Made by a program: the position numbers and the translations under genes. From an uncultured Verrucomicrobiae bacterium (GTDB lineage Bacteria; Verrucomicrobiota; Verrucomicrobiia; Limisphaerales; UBA1100), in contig CALKBX010000014.1 in assembly GCA_937775205.1 (NCBI GenBank), forward strand, positions 1,054 to 65,053: 64,000 nt of DNA, read 5' to 3'. Below, piece by piece: positions 18,974 through 28,743 of the stretch; the stretch's first letter is position 1, and each line of letters begins with the position of its first letter. Below the pieces are notes generated by a model. That model did not search any database and was not told where the DNA came from. It was given only the letters and a program-made list of their open reading frames with translations.

Positions 18974-19770
18974 TATTCGTCCTGTAAATCTTCCGGCCAT
19001 TGCCAATCGATGAGACAACATAACCCCCCCAGCCCCAATGTCAACCCACCCGTCAGCTGAAAAATTTGTGTCGTGGTAAACACATCGATCAGCACGTACG
19101 CCGACACAAACACGCCCGCGATGCTGCCCACCGTGCTGGCCGCGTACACCAACCCGCTGACCGTCCCCACGTGCTCCACTTGCCGCGCGGCCAGCCGCAC
19201 CATGAAGGGCGCAATCATCGCGAGCACAAAACACGGGAACAAAAAAACCACCGCGCTGCCGATGGCCGGATCGAGCTTGCGCCACACCGCTGGTATTTCC
19301 AAAGGCGCGGCGGCATCGTCAGGCGGCAGCGCGGGCAATGCATTAGTTGCTGTGCCTTCTAAAAAATCCGGTGATATTTCGGACAACAAATTTGTTTCTG
19401 TGATGAACGATTCCGTGCTGACTGCTTCGGGTTCAACGGATTTCTCGTGGCGATCCACAATGCCGTCCAACACGACCGGTGCCATTTGCGGAATCAACAA
19501 AATAAAAACCCCCGCCGGCGCCAGTAGCAGTGACAGAAAGCGCGCCTTTTTGAAACGATCCGCCAAGTGCCCGCCCACGCCGTAGCCGAGTGCGAGCGCC
19601 AGCATCACCATTCCGATTTGGCTGGTCCACACATAGAATGCCCCGCCAAACCACGGCTGCAAATACCGCGCGCCGACGATTTCCAGCACCATCACCGCGA
19701 AGCCGCCGAGCAGCACCAACGCACCCAAGGCGAGAATGCGGCCGCGCGGAGTTGAGTCGTCGTCGTTCAT
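18973..19770 (-). CDS. Membrane module of the fused MFS/spermidine synthase family
   Basis: MVLEIVGARYLQPWFG, ALGYGVGGHLAD, YAASTVGSIAG. Confidence 0.8.
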   Translation of the reverse strand: MNDDDSTPRGRILALGALVLLGGFAVMVLEIVGARYLQPWFGGAFYVWTSQIGMVMLALALGYGVGGHLADRFKKARFLSLLLAPAGVFILLIPQMAPVVLDGIVDRHEKSVEPEAVSTESFITETNLLSEISPDFLEGTATNALPALPPDDAAAPLEIPAVWRKLDPAIGSAVVFLFPCFVLAMIAPFMVRLAARQVEHVGTVSGLVYAASTVGSIAGVFVSAYVLIDVFTTTQIFQLTGGLTLGLGGLCCLIDWQWPEDLQDE

Positions 19771-19772
19771 TT

Positions 19773-20636
19773 TTATGGGAAAACCGCCACGGTGAGCCCC
19801 GTACATTCGCGCACGGTTGCCGCCATCGATTCCAGTTCCGCCAGTTCCAGCTTGGTGGCAAAGGCTTCCGGCGTGGGGCGCGCCACGGTGTACAAATGCA
19901 CCTCACGGATTTGACCACCGCCCGCGGTAAGCTCGTTCAACCGATCGCAGTACGCCTGCAACTCCGCCGCGCTCATCGCCTCGCCGTGGACTTTTAGAAA
20001 AAGGCTTTGAATGATAATCGCGCGCGTCTTCGCGGTGGCGAGGAGATTATCGAGGATGCGCTGGAATTTTACGTTGGTACGATTAACGGCTTTGAAATAT
20101 GCCTCCGTGCCCGCATCGAGTTTGCCCCACACTTCGCCCTCATTGGCGTCCATCAACTCCAAGCCGCGCTTCACGTCGCCCTTGTCCAGTCCGGCGGCGT
20201 CGGTGATGAGGACGATTTGCGTGGCGCCGAGCCCTTCGGCTTGTTTCACGTCCACGACGATTTGCACGCAGTCGGCAAAATTGTGAATCATCGTCGGCTC
20301 GCCGTCGCCGCTGAAGGCGATGTCTTTCACCTCGCGCGTGAGCCACGGCACTTTGTCAAACTTCGGCTCCTTCGCCAAGCCGCCGTCCTTGGCAAAACGA
20401 ATCATCGCGGTCAGTTCATCCTTCATTTGGCGGAGGTCCACCTCGGTGACGGCGCCCGGCACACGGCGATCCACCTCGCAGTAAATGCAGTCGAAATTGC
20501 AAACCTTGTCGGGGTTGAGATTCACGCCGATGGAAAGCCCCTTGCTGCGGCGCGAGATGACCGGATACACAAACGTAAAATCCGAAAATTGCCGTGTGTG
20601 ATCCTGCACCGCCGCCCAGCTTGATTTGATTTCCAT
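19773..20636 (-). CDS. Radical SAM protein (TYW1-like, COG0731 type)
   Basis: SRRSKGLSIGVNL, CNFDCIYC, FSGDGEPT. Confidence 0.85.
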   Translation of the reverse strand: MEIKSSWAAVQDHTRQFSDFTFVYPVISRRSKGLSIGVNLNPDKVCNFDCIYCEVDRRVPGAVTEVDLRQMKDELTAMIRFAKDGGLAKEPKFDKVPWLTREVKDIAFSGDGEPTMIHNFADCVQIVVDVKQAEGLGATQIVLITDAAGLDKGDVKRGLELMDANEGEVWGKLDAGTEAYFKAVNRTNVKFQRILDNLLATAKTRAIIIQSLFLKVHGEAMSAAELQAYCDRLNELTAGGGQIREVHLYTVARPTPEAFATKLELAELESMAATVRECTGLTVAVFP

Positions 20637-20699
20637 AGCACCCTTGCCCATGCGCGATACTGTACGCCGCCAGCGGCCCCGTGCCAACGCTCAAGCGTG

Positions 20700-22112
20700 T
20701 CACGCACCGAATCGATTTGTAACTTTGCCGTACGTGCGCGACTTGCCGTCTTCGCCAAACTGCTCCCATGTATGCAGCTCGCCCTCGCGATATTCCGAGC
20801 GGAAGCTGGGCGAACCATCCTCGTGCCAGCCCAGCCAAATGCCCGCGCGACGGTTGAGGGCAAAGAATCCCTCCATCTCTTTCTTGCCGTTGGCGTGATA
20901 GTAAGCCCCCGTGCCGTGCTTTTTGCCGCGGATTAATTCTGTCTCCTCGCGCAGCTGCCCTTCCTCGTCCCAGCGCTGCATCAAGCCATCGCGCTGGCCG
21001 TTGACGAGCTTGTATTTTAGCTGGGGGGTGCCATTGGGGTATTCCACGATGACGGTGCGGTTGTTTAACAGATACCGCTCTCGCGCCTTGTGTTCTGATT
21101 CTTCTTTCTCATTGCGCTCTCGTTCTTTGGCCTCTCGCTGTTCTTTGGTCACCCGTTCCTTTTCCCGCCGCATCTTCTCGGCAAACTCGCGTTCTTTCCG
21201 TTCGCGTTTCTCGCGTTCCAGACGCCCTTTTTCCTGTTCAAACCACCCTGCGTAGTCTGCCGCGTCCACCCCGTCGGGCCATGAAATCATCTCTTCACTT
21301 TTAGATTGCCAAGTTGACCGGCGCATCCAGTCGCTCCATTGGTCATACCGTTCGTCCTGCAGCTCCGCTTGGCTGATGCGCTCGGGCCACTTGGCCGGAT
21401 CCATCTGGTAAATACGCACCATCCAGTCATAAAGATCCCGTCGCATAAATCTCACCATTTCAGACCGTTCGAAGAATGCCTCCGTGACGCAGCTAAAGAA
21501 CTCTACTTTATCGGTGGTGGCATATTTGCGAATGATTTCGTTGCCTGTTTTCTTCTCCCATGCGCTGCAAATATCCGCGTATTCTTCTTCAAGGAAATGT
21601 TGGTACTGTACCCTAGCGGCCTTGCTGTCAAAGTGCGGAACACTATCAAAATCGGAATCTCTGTATTCGAGCATGTGGCCGAACTCGTGTAACGTGACGT
21701 TGTGGTTATCGACCCCATCGTGCATCCCGTTTTTTGTGCTCCGCCACGACTGCCGAATGGTCCCCCCCGGCTCTGCCCATCCTCCCCAATTTTTACCGTC
21801 CTTATCCGTTACGTGCATTTGATGAAACACGAATGTGTGGAAATGTTCGTAATCTTTCTTGGATCGACGCGCGATCAATACACAGGCTTCGCATGCGACG
21901 CAGACCTTTTGCATTTCCTTGTCGGGGGTGGGGCCCACCCACTTGTCCCACTCCCAAAGCACCTTGCCGACGAACCACGGGATCATTTCTTCCACCACCA
22001 ATGTCAGATCTTCCGGCAACCGCCGATACAACGCCACGTTTTGCTCTAGGATATCCCGCCACTTCGGCTTGAAGCCGGGCGGAAATGGGGCAGGGTGAGA
22101 AACGATGGCCAT
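20700..22112 (-). CDS. MtfA/peptidase M90-like zinc peptidase fused to a charged coiled coil and MORN-like repeats
   Basis: NVTLHEFGH, YATTDKVEFFSCVTEAFFE, E/R/K-rich helix, repeats such as YHANGKKEMEG. Confidence 0.75.
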   Translation of the reverse strand: MAIVSHPAPFPPGFKPKWRDILEQNVALYRRLPEDLTLVVEEMIPWFVGKVLWEWDKWVGPTPDKEMQKVCVACEACVLIARRSKKDYEHFHTFVFHQMHVTDKDGKNWGGWAEPGGTIRQSWRSTKNGMHDGVDNHNVTLHEFGHMLEYRDSDFDSVPHFDSKAARVQYQHFLEEEYADICSAWEKKTGNEIIRKYATTDKVEFFSCVTEAFFERSEMVRFMRRDLYDWMVRIYQMDPAKWPERISQAELQDERYDQWSDWMRRSTWQSKSEEMISWPDGVDAADYAGWFEQEKGRLEREKRERKEREFAEKMRREKERVTKEQREAKERERNEKEESEHKARERYLLNNRTVIVEYPNGTPQLKYKLVNGQRDGLMQRWDEEGQLREETELIRGKKHGTGAYYHANGKKEMEGFFALNRRAGIWLGWHEDGSPSFRSEYREGELHTWEQFGEDGKSRTYGKVTNRFGA

Positions 22113-22161
22113 GGAGAGAGGCCATTACGCAATGAAGCGGATTTGTTTCCAAGCAAAAAGG

Positions 22162-22935
22162 CTACATGCCCATCACTTGATATCCGCAATCGACATAGAG
22201 CACTTGGCCTGTGATCGCCGCCGCGCCGTCGCTGGCGAGGAAGGTGCCGGTGGCGCCCAGCTCTTCGGGCAGCACGTTGCGCTTGAGCGGCGCGTGCGCT
22301 TCATAATGCTTGAGCATACTGCTGAAGCCCGCGATGCCGCGAGCAGCCAGCGTGTTCACTGGCCCGGCGCTGATGCAGTTGACGCGGATTTTTTGTTCGC
22401 CCAAATCGCTCGCCAAATAACGCGTGCTCGCTTCGAGCGATGCCTTGGCCACGCCCATCACGTTGTAATGCGGGATCACCTTTGCCGCGCCATAATAACT
22501 CATCGCTACGATGCTGCCCCCCTCGGTCATCAACGGCGCGGCCGCGCGAGTCAGCGCCACCAGCGAGTACGCGCTCACGTCGTGCGCCACGCGGAAGGCC
22601 TCGCGCGTGGTAGCCACAAACGTTCCCTCCAGCGCTTCCTTCGGCGCGAAGGCCACCGCGTGCAGCATCAAATCCAGCTTGCCGCCAAACTTGTCGCCCA
22701 CTTCGTTGAACACGCGATCGATGTGATCGTCCTGCGTCACGTCGCATTCAGTGATCAGCGTGTCGTCGCCAAAGGTCTCCGCCAATTGGCTCACGTTGTC
22801 CTTCAGCCGCTCGCCTTGATACGTAAATGCCAAGTTCGCGCCCGCCTCTTTCCACGCCTGCGCGATGGCCCACGCAATGGATCGCTTATTCGCCACGCCA
22901 AAAACGACGCCTGTTTTTCCCGATAAAATTCCCAT
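22162..22935 (-). CDS. fabI: Enoyl-ACP reductase FabI
   Basis: GVANKRSIAWAIA, YNVMGVAKASLE, ISAGPVNTLAA. Confidence 0.95.
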   Translation of the reverse strand: MGILSGKTGVVFGVANKRSIAWAIAQAWKEAGANLAFTYQGERLKDNVSQLAETFGDDTLITECDVTQDDHIDRVFNEVGDKFGGKLDLMLHAVAFAPKEALEGTFVATTREAFRVAHDVSAYSLVALTRAAAPLMTEGGSIVAMSYYGAAKVIPHYNVMGVAKASLEASTRYLASDLGEQKIRVNCISAGPVNTLAARGIAGFSSMLKHYEAHAPLKRNVLPEELGATGTFLASDGAAAITGQVLYVDCGYQVMGM

Positions 22936-23093
22936 AACGCCGCCAGCCCTACGGAAAACCAACCCTCGGTGCAAGGCACAAATTCGTGTGGCGCAGCAGG
23001 TGGGGTGGCTTCTCCACGCGCGCCACGGCGGTTTCGGAGAAGCCACCCCACCCCTGCGTTGAAAACTTCTCTCTCACCGGCTACCTTCGCCCA

Positions 23094-24215
23094 ATGAAAC
23101 GCCGCGTGTATCTCAACCACCTTTCGGGCACCCCCCTTGCGCCCGAAGTGCACGAGGCGATGCGACCGTTTTTCGAGGAGCACCATCACGGCCTGGCCGC
23201 GCGCGAGGCTATCGCCACCGCGCGCGGGCAATGCGCCCAACTCATTGGCGGCACGCCCGAAGAAATCCTCTTCACCAGCAGCGGCACCGAGGCTAACAAC
23301 CTCGCCATAAAAGGCACGGCCTTCGCGCAGCGCGAGCGAGGAAACCACCTCGTGCTCTCGAACATCGAGCATCCGTCTATTGAGCAATCCATCACGTGGT
23401 TGGAGGAAAATGGATTTGAAGCGACACGCGTGCCGGTGGACTCCGAAGGGTTTGTTTCGCCCAAAGCCATTGCTGATGCGGTCACGGACAAAACCATTCT
23501 CATCGCCACCCACCACGCCAGCCACGACCTCGGAACGATTCAAGACATCGCCGCCATCGGCACCATCGCCGCCAAGCGCGGCATTCCATTTTTGGTCGAT
23601 GCCACCGCGAGCGGGGGTTGGCTGCCCATCAATTTAGCAGCGAACATTTCCCTGCTCACCCTCGCTCCGCATCGCTTTGGCGGGCCGCAAGGCGCGGGCA
23701 TTTTATATCGCAACCGCCGCGCCCCCCTCGCGCCCATCATCCACGGCGGCGCGCAGGAAGACGGCCTCCGCGCCGGCACGGAAAACCTCGCCGCCATCGT
23801 CGGCGCGGGCGCGGCGGCGGCGTTGCCAATCGTTGACGTCACCGTGTTGCAGCACCAACTGCACGACGGTTTGCTGAAAACTATCGAGCCCGTTCGGCTC
23901 AATGGCGCTGAGCTTGGCGCGGGTCGTTTGCCTTCGCACCTCAATTATTCCATCGAGGGCATCGAGGGCGAAGGGCTCGCGTTGGCGCTGGATTTGCAGG
24001 GCATTGGCATCGCCAGCGGCGCCGCGTGTGTCACCAAAAATTTGGCAGTGCCGCCCGCGCTGACGGCAATCGGGCTTGACGCCGCCTTGGCCAAAGGCAA
24101 CGTTCTCCTCTCCCTCGGCCGCGACACCACGGCGGCGGACATCGATCACGTGCTGGAAGTCATTCCAAAACAAGTCGATAAACTCCGCAGCCTGTCGCCT
24201 GCGTGGGATGCTTGA
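23094..24215 (+). CDS. IscS/NifS-like protein with degenerate PLP site
   Basis: FTSSGTEANN, EHPS, RAGTEN and SGAAC present, but HRFGGP replaces HKxxGP. Confidence 0.85.
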   Translation: MKRRVYLNHLSGTPLAPEVHEAMRPFFEEHHHGLAAREAIATARGQCAQLIGGTPEEILFTSSGTEANNLAIKGTAFAQRERGNHLVLSNIEHPSIEQSITWLEENGFEATRVPVDSEGFVSPKAIADAVTDKTILIATHHASHDLGTIQDIAAIGTIAAKRGIPFLVDATASGGWLPINLAANISLLTLAPHRFGGPQGAGILYRNRRAPLAPIIHGGAQEDGLRAGTENLAAIVGAGAAAALPIVDVTVLQHQLHDGLLKTIEPVRLNGAELGAGRLPSHLNYSIEGIEGEGLALALDLQGIGIASGAACVTKNLAVPPALTAIGLDAALAKGNVLLSLGRDTTAADIDHVLEVIPKQVDKLRSLSPAWDA

Positions 24216-24216
24216 A

Positions 24217-25254
24217 ATGAGTTTAGAACAATCCATCGAAGACGCCCTCAAAGGCGTGAACTATCCCGGCTACTCGCGTGACATCGTGTCGTTCGGCCTC
24301 GTGAAAAATATCGCGGCGGCCAATGGCTCCGCGAGCATTGCGCTGGAGCTCACCACTCATAACCCTGAAGTCGCCGCCCAACTCAAAGCCGCCGTGGAAA
24401 CCGCCGCCGCCACCGTGGAAGGCATCGACCGCGCGATGATCCAAATCAAAATGCCGCCCGCCGGCGAAGCTCCCGCCAGCGGTCAAGCCGGGCCCAATCG
24501 GATGCCGGGCATTAACAAAGTCATCGCCGTCGCTTCCGGCAAAGGAGGTGTGGGCAAAAGTACTTGCGCGGTGAACCTCGCCTGCGCACTGGCGCAGGAC
24601 GGCGACGAGATCGGCCTACTCGATTGCGACATTTACGGCCCAAGCGTGCCGTTGATGATGGGCGTGAACGAACGCCCGCTCGTGAGCCCCGAAGAAAAGT
24701 TAGTGCCGTTGATGAGCCACGGCGTGAAACTAATGAGCATGGGATTTTTGTTGGAGGGCGATCAGCCGGTCATTTGGCGCGGGCCGATGATTATGAAAAC
24801 CATCCAGCAATTTGTGATGCAAGTGGACTGGGGCACGCTGGATTATTTGTTGATTGATTTGCCGCCGGGCACGGGCGACGCGCAGCTTTCACTTTGCCAA
24901 ACCGTGCCGCTCGATGGCGGCGTCATCGTCACCACGCCGCAGGAAGCCTCACTCGGTGTGGTGCGCAAAGGCATCGCGATGTTCGAGCGCGTGAATGTGC
25001 CCATCCTCGGCATCGTTGAAAATATGAGCTACTTCACGGCGCCCAACGGCGACCGCGTAGAAATCTTTGGTCACGGCGGCGGCGCGGCTGAAGCGAAGCG
25101 CCAAGAAACGGCGTTCCTTGGCGAGGTTCCGCTGTTCACCGAAATCCGCGAAGGCGGTGATGCCGGCATTCCGGTGGTCGTCAAAACCCCCGAAGGCGCG
25201 CCGGCCCAAGCGTTTGGCAAAGTCGCAGCCGCATTGCGCGAGACGCTCGACTGA
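24217..25254 (+). CDS. mrp: Mrp/NBP35 (ApbC) Fe-S cluster carrier ATPase
   Basis: N-terminal DUF59-like domain, SGKGGVGKST, DIYGPS, WRGPM, DLPPGTGD, VENMS. Confidence 0.92.
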   Translation: MSLEQSIEDALKGVNYPGYSRDIVSFGLVKNIAAANGSASIALELTTHNPEVAAQLKAAVETAAATVEGIDRAMIQIKMPPAGEAPASGQAGPNRMPGINKVIAVASGKGGVGKSTCAVNLACALAQDGDEIGLLDCDIYGPSVPLMMGVNERPLVSPEEKLVPLMSHGVKLMSMGFLLEGDQPVIWRGPMIMKTIQQFVMQVDWGTLDYLLIDLPPGTGDAQLSLCQTVPLDGGVIVTTPQEASLGVVRKGIAMFERVNVPILGIVENMSYFTAPNGDRVEIFGHGGGAAEAKRQETAFLGEVPLFTEIREGGDAGIPVVVKTPEGAPAQAFGKVAAALRETLD

Positions 25255-25395
25255 CACTTATCCACTCTATGCACCCGTTGTTCACCAGTGGCTGGGGACA
25301 ATTAGGCGCAGATTTCGCTTTTTTCCCTGAAAAAAGTGTTGTTTGTCTTGAACAGACGGTGCTACCTTCCCGTCCCATTTGACGGAGAAATCCCG

Positions 25396-25608
25396 ATGGC
25401 CAAGTCCACTAATAATCAGGAATTGCTAAAGCGCTCGTCGCTGTACCGCGAGTTTTTGGCGGAGCGCGAGGAGATCCTGCGGCACAAGTGGATTGAATCC
25501 GAAAAAGCCGGCATCGACGTCGGCTTCGAGGAAGCGCTCACGGGATGGATGCTAAAGCACCGCTCCGTATGGCGCAAACGCCGGCAAGCCGCCCGGCACT
25601 GTGTTTGA
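25396..25608 (+). CDS. Small DUF4032-like protein
   Basis: EILRHKWIESEKAGIDVGFEEAL; GGAG SD upstream. Confidence 0.7.
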   Translation: MAKSTNNQELLKRSSLYREFLAEREEILRHKWIESEKAGIDVGFEEALTGWMLKHRSVWRKRRQAARHCV

Positions 25609-25617
25609 AATTTGATG

Positions 25618-25729
25618 CCCTTTAACGCGGTCCCGCGAGGCCGCCAAGGACGATGATGAAACTAAACGGATTTTATCCGCGTTGGATTCACGTGCAAACA
25701 AGCACGCGGAATCGGCGCGGGTTTTTTTT
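25618..25729 (+). promoter_or_regulatory. PyrR-binding attenuator leader
   Basis: CCTTTAA...GGTCCCGCGAGGCC...AAGG fits the PyrR binding loop (CUUUAA plus RGUCCnGnGAGGY), followed by a GC hairpin and T8 immediately before pyrR. Confidence 0.85.
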
Positions 25730-26269
25730 ATGGCTGACCCAAACGCATCACGCACGGTGCCTGAAGCCGACGCCCTCGCGCGCGCGTGGCGGCGCGTGGC
25801 GCACGAGATCGCCGAAGCCCACGCCGACGGCGGCGCGGTCATCCTCGTGGGCATCCAACGCGGCGGCGTGGCGCTGGCTCAACACCTCGGCGAAACGCTC
25901 GGCGGCATTTACGGCCAAGCCGTGGCGGTGGGCTCCGTGGAGCCGGGACTGCACCGCGACGATCTCTCCCAACGCGGCATGGCCGAACTGCGCCCCACCG
26001 AGTTGCCCGGTGATTTGGCAAACAAAGTGGTGGTGCTCATCGACGACGTCCTCAGCACCGGCCGCACCGTGCGCGCGTCCATCGATGCCGTGATGGCCTT
26101 TGGCCGACCACAGTGCATTCGGCTAGCGGTGCTCATTGACCGCGGCCATCGCGAGCTGCCCATCCGCCCCGATTTCGTTGGCAAAAATCTCCCCACCCAT
26201 CCCGACGAACATGTAGAAGTACGCACGGACAATTCCGGCACGCCCATCGCCGTCACGATAAAAAAATGA
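25730..26269 (+). CDS. pyrR: PyrR (pyr operon attenuation protein / UPRTase)
   Basis: [36 protein letters not shown]. Confidence 0.95.
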   Translation: MADPNASRTVPEADALARAWRRVAHEIAEAHADGGAVILVGIQRGGVALAQHLGETLGGIYGQAVAVGSVEPGLHRDDLSQRGMAELRPTELPGDLANKVVVLIDDVLSTGRTVRASIDAVMAFGRPQCIRLAVLIDRGHRELPIRPDFVGKNLPTHPDEHVEVRTDNSGTPIAVTIKK

Positions 26270-27198
26270 GTTGGCATCGCAAACATCTCCTGGACATCGA
26301 AAGCCTCAGCGCCGAGGAGCTCACTACCGTGCTCGACACCGCGCGCGAGTTCAAAGCCGTGGGCGAGCGCGATATCAAAAAGGTCCCCGCGCTCCAGGGC
26401 AAAACGGTGGTGAACTTTTTTGTGGAACCCTCCACCCGCACGCGCGTGAGCTTCGAGCTTTCCGCGAAACGATTGAGCGCGGACATCATCAATTTTTCCG
26501 CCGATGCCTCGTCATTCCAAAAAGGCGAGAGCCTCAAGGACACCGCGCGCACCCTCGAGGCGCTCAATGCCGACATCATCGTCATCCGCCACAAAGCCGC
26601 TGGCGCACCGCATTTTCTCGCGCGCTTTCTCAACGCCCATGTGGTCAACGCCGGCGACGGCGCGCACGAGCACCCCACGCAGGCGCTGCTCGATGTGTTT
26701 ACCATCCGCGAAAAGAAAGGCAACATCGCCGGCCTCAACGTCACTATCCTCGGCGACATTTTGTTCAGCCGCGTCGCGCGTTCCAACATTTGGGCCCTGC
26801 GCAAGCTCGGCGCGAACGTCACGCTCTGCGGTCCAAGCACACTCGTGCCGCGCGTGTTTGAGCAAATGGGATGCCGTGTCACCTACGATCTCGATGAAGC
26901 CCTAACCGGTGCCGATGTCATCAACCTCCTGCGCATCCAACACGAACGCCAGCGCAAGACGATGTTCCCCAGTATCGGCGAATACGCCCGCCTCTTCGGC
27001 CTCAACCGCGCGCGCCTCGCCAAGGCCAAGCCCGACGCCCTCATCATGCACCCCGGCCCAATGAACCGCGGCGTGGAAATCGAAAGCGAACTCGCTGATA
27101 GCGACCGTGCCGTGATTCTCGAACAAGTCACCAACGGAATCGCCGTGCGAATGGCAGTGTTGTATTTGGTAAACGGCGGGAATGCTGAAGAGCTTTAA
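26266..27198 (+). CDS. pyrB: Aspartate carbamoyltransferase catalytic subunit
   Basis: [32 protein letters not shown]. Confidence 0.96.
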   Translation: MSWHRKHLLDIESLSAEELTTVLDTAREFKAVGERDIKKVPALQGKTVVNFFVEPSTRTRVSFELSAKRLSADIINFSADASSFQKGESLKDTARTLEALNADIIVIRHKAAGAPHFLARFLNAHVVNAGDGAHEHPTQALLDVFTIREKKGNIAGLNVTILGDILFSRVARSNIWALRKLGANVTLCGPSTLVPRVFEQMGCRVTYDLDEALTGADVINLLRIQHERQRKTMFPSIGEYARLFGLNRARLAKAKPDALIMHPGPMNRGVEIESELADSDRAVILEQVTNGIAVRMAVLYLVNGGNAEEL

Positions 27199-27770
27199 AG
27201 ATTCTGCTCAAGCACCGTCTGGCTCGCCTCGGCTACTTCCGCGTGCAGCGATCGCCCGTGGCTGTCCATTGTGACGACGGCTGGGAACTGATCCACCTCC
27301 AATTCCCAAATGGCTTCGGGACTGCCAAACTCTTCCAGAAAATACACGTTGTGAACTTGGGCGATGTGTTCGGCCAACACTTGCGCCGCGCCGCCGATGG
27401 CGTGCAAATACACGCCTCCGTTTTCCGCACAGCCCCCGAGCGTCTTCGGCCCCATGCCGCCCTTGCCGATCACGCCCCGCACACCGAACTTTTTCATGAT
27501 GTCCGCCTGATACGGCTCCTCGCGAATGGAAGTCGTCGGCCCTGCCGCGGTCACTTTCCATTCGCCCGCGTCATCCTTCACCACCACTGGGCCGCAATGA
27601 TAAATGATGCTGCCCTCCAAATTCACGCCCTCGGGAAGTTCGCCGCCTTCGTGCAAATATTTATGAACCGCATCGCGCCCGGTATACACCACACCCGAAA
27701 TCGCCACCGAATCGCCGACCTTCAGCGCGCGGATTTGTTCCTCGGAAATAGGGGTGGTAAGTTCGATCAT
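27195..27770 (-). CDS. Fumarate hydratase / tartrate dehydratase class I, beta subunit
   Basis: TGRDAVH, YHCGP, AGPTTS, IGKGG. Confidence 0.9.
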   Translation of the reverse strand: MIELTTPISEEQIRALKVGDSVAISGVVYTGRDAVHKYLHEGGELPEGVNLEGSIIYHCGPVVVKDDAGEWKVTAAGPTTSIREEPYQADIMKKFGVRGVIGKGGMGPKTLGGCAENGGVYLHAIGGAAQVLAEHIAQVHNVYFLEEFGSPEAIWELEVDQFPAVVTMDSHGRSLHAEVAEASQTVLEQNL

Positions 27771-27771
27771 T

Positions 27772-28650
27772 TCAATAAATCCACTCCGTGATTTCGCCCG
27801 CACCGTCCAACTTCGCGCCGTGGCGGCGGAAGGCCCAGCACATGTAGCTGACGCTGACGAAGTACGAAGCGGGCACGCGATTGGCGGCGCGGATTTTTAC
27901 GCCGAGCAGAGTGGTGTTCCCGCCAAAGCCCATCGGGCCGATGCCGAGTTTGTTGGCGGTGTTGTGGATGTCCGTCTCCAACGCGGCCAATTCGGCATTT
28001 TCGTTTTCATCATCGAGGTTGCGCAGGAATTGCGTTTTCGAGAGCTCATAGCCCGTGGCGCGATCGCCGCCGATGCAGACTCCGAGAATGCCCGGGCCGC
28101 AGCCTTTGCCTTGGGCTTGTTGCACGGCATCGAGGATGACTTTGCGGCAACCATCGAGATCGCGATTGGCGTTCAGTTTGATGTTCGGCAGCGAATATTG
28201 CGCGCCGACGTTTTCGCAACCGCCGCCTTTGAGCACGAGACGCACGGTCACATTCGCTTCGCGGGTTTGATGAAAATGAAAGGTTGGCGAGCCGGGGCCG
28301 ATGTTCGTTCCATCATTTTTTCCGGTGAGCGAATCCACGGAATTTTGCCGAAGGAATCCGCGCTTTGTTGCCTCGGTGACCGCCGCGCGCGCGGTATCGG
28401 CAAACTCCATTTGATCGTACCCCACCGGACAATCCACATAAAAAAGCACGCTGCCGGTATCCTGACAGAGCGGCTGGGATTTCTCCTTGGCGAGCCCGAT
28501 GTTGCGCTCGATGATTTCCATTGCGTTCTTGGCGATGGTGTCTTGCTTTTCATTTTCGAGCGCCGCGAGAATCCCGCGCTGCACGTCATCAGGAATCTCC
28601 GCCGACGTGCGGCGGATGATTTCGATCAGCGATTCAAACAGCGGCTCCAT
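27772..28650 (-). CDS. Fumarate hydratase / tartrate dehydratase class I, alpha subunit
   Basis: PLCQDTG, KGGGCEN, GCGP, GIGPMGFGG, MCWA. Confidence 0.9.
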   Translation of the reverse strand: MEPLFESLIEIIRRTSAEIPDDVQRGILAALENEKQDTIAKNAMEIIERNIGLAKEKSQPLCQDTGSVLFYVDCPVGYDQMEFADTARAAVTEATKRGFLRQNSVDSLTGKNDGTNIGPGSPTFHFHQTREANVTVRLVLKGGGCENVGAQYSLPNIKLNANRDLDGCRKVILDAVQQAQGKGCGPGILGVCIGGDRATGYELSKTQFLRNLDDENENAELAALETDIHNTANKLGIGPMGFGGNTTLLGVKIRAANRVPASYFVSVSYMCWAFRRHGAKLDGAGEITEWIY

Positions 28651-28743
28651 TGCGGCACTATGCTATAGCGTAAGCGCACCGGTGTCAATCTGAGGACGGT
28701 TGACGTTGACCTCGGTGGACCAAGCGGGCAACGTGCCGCCGAG

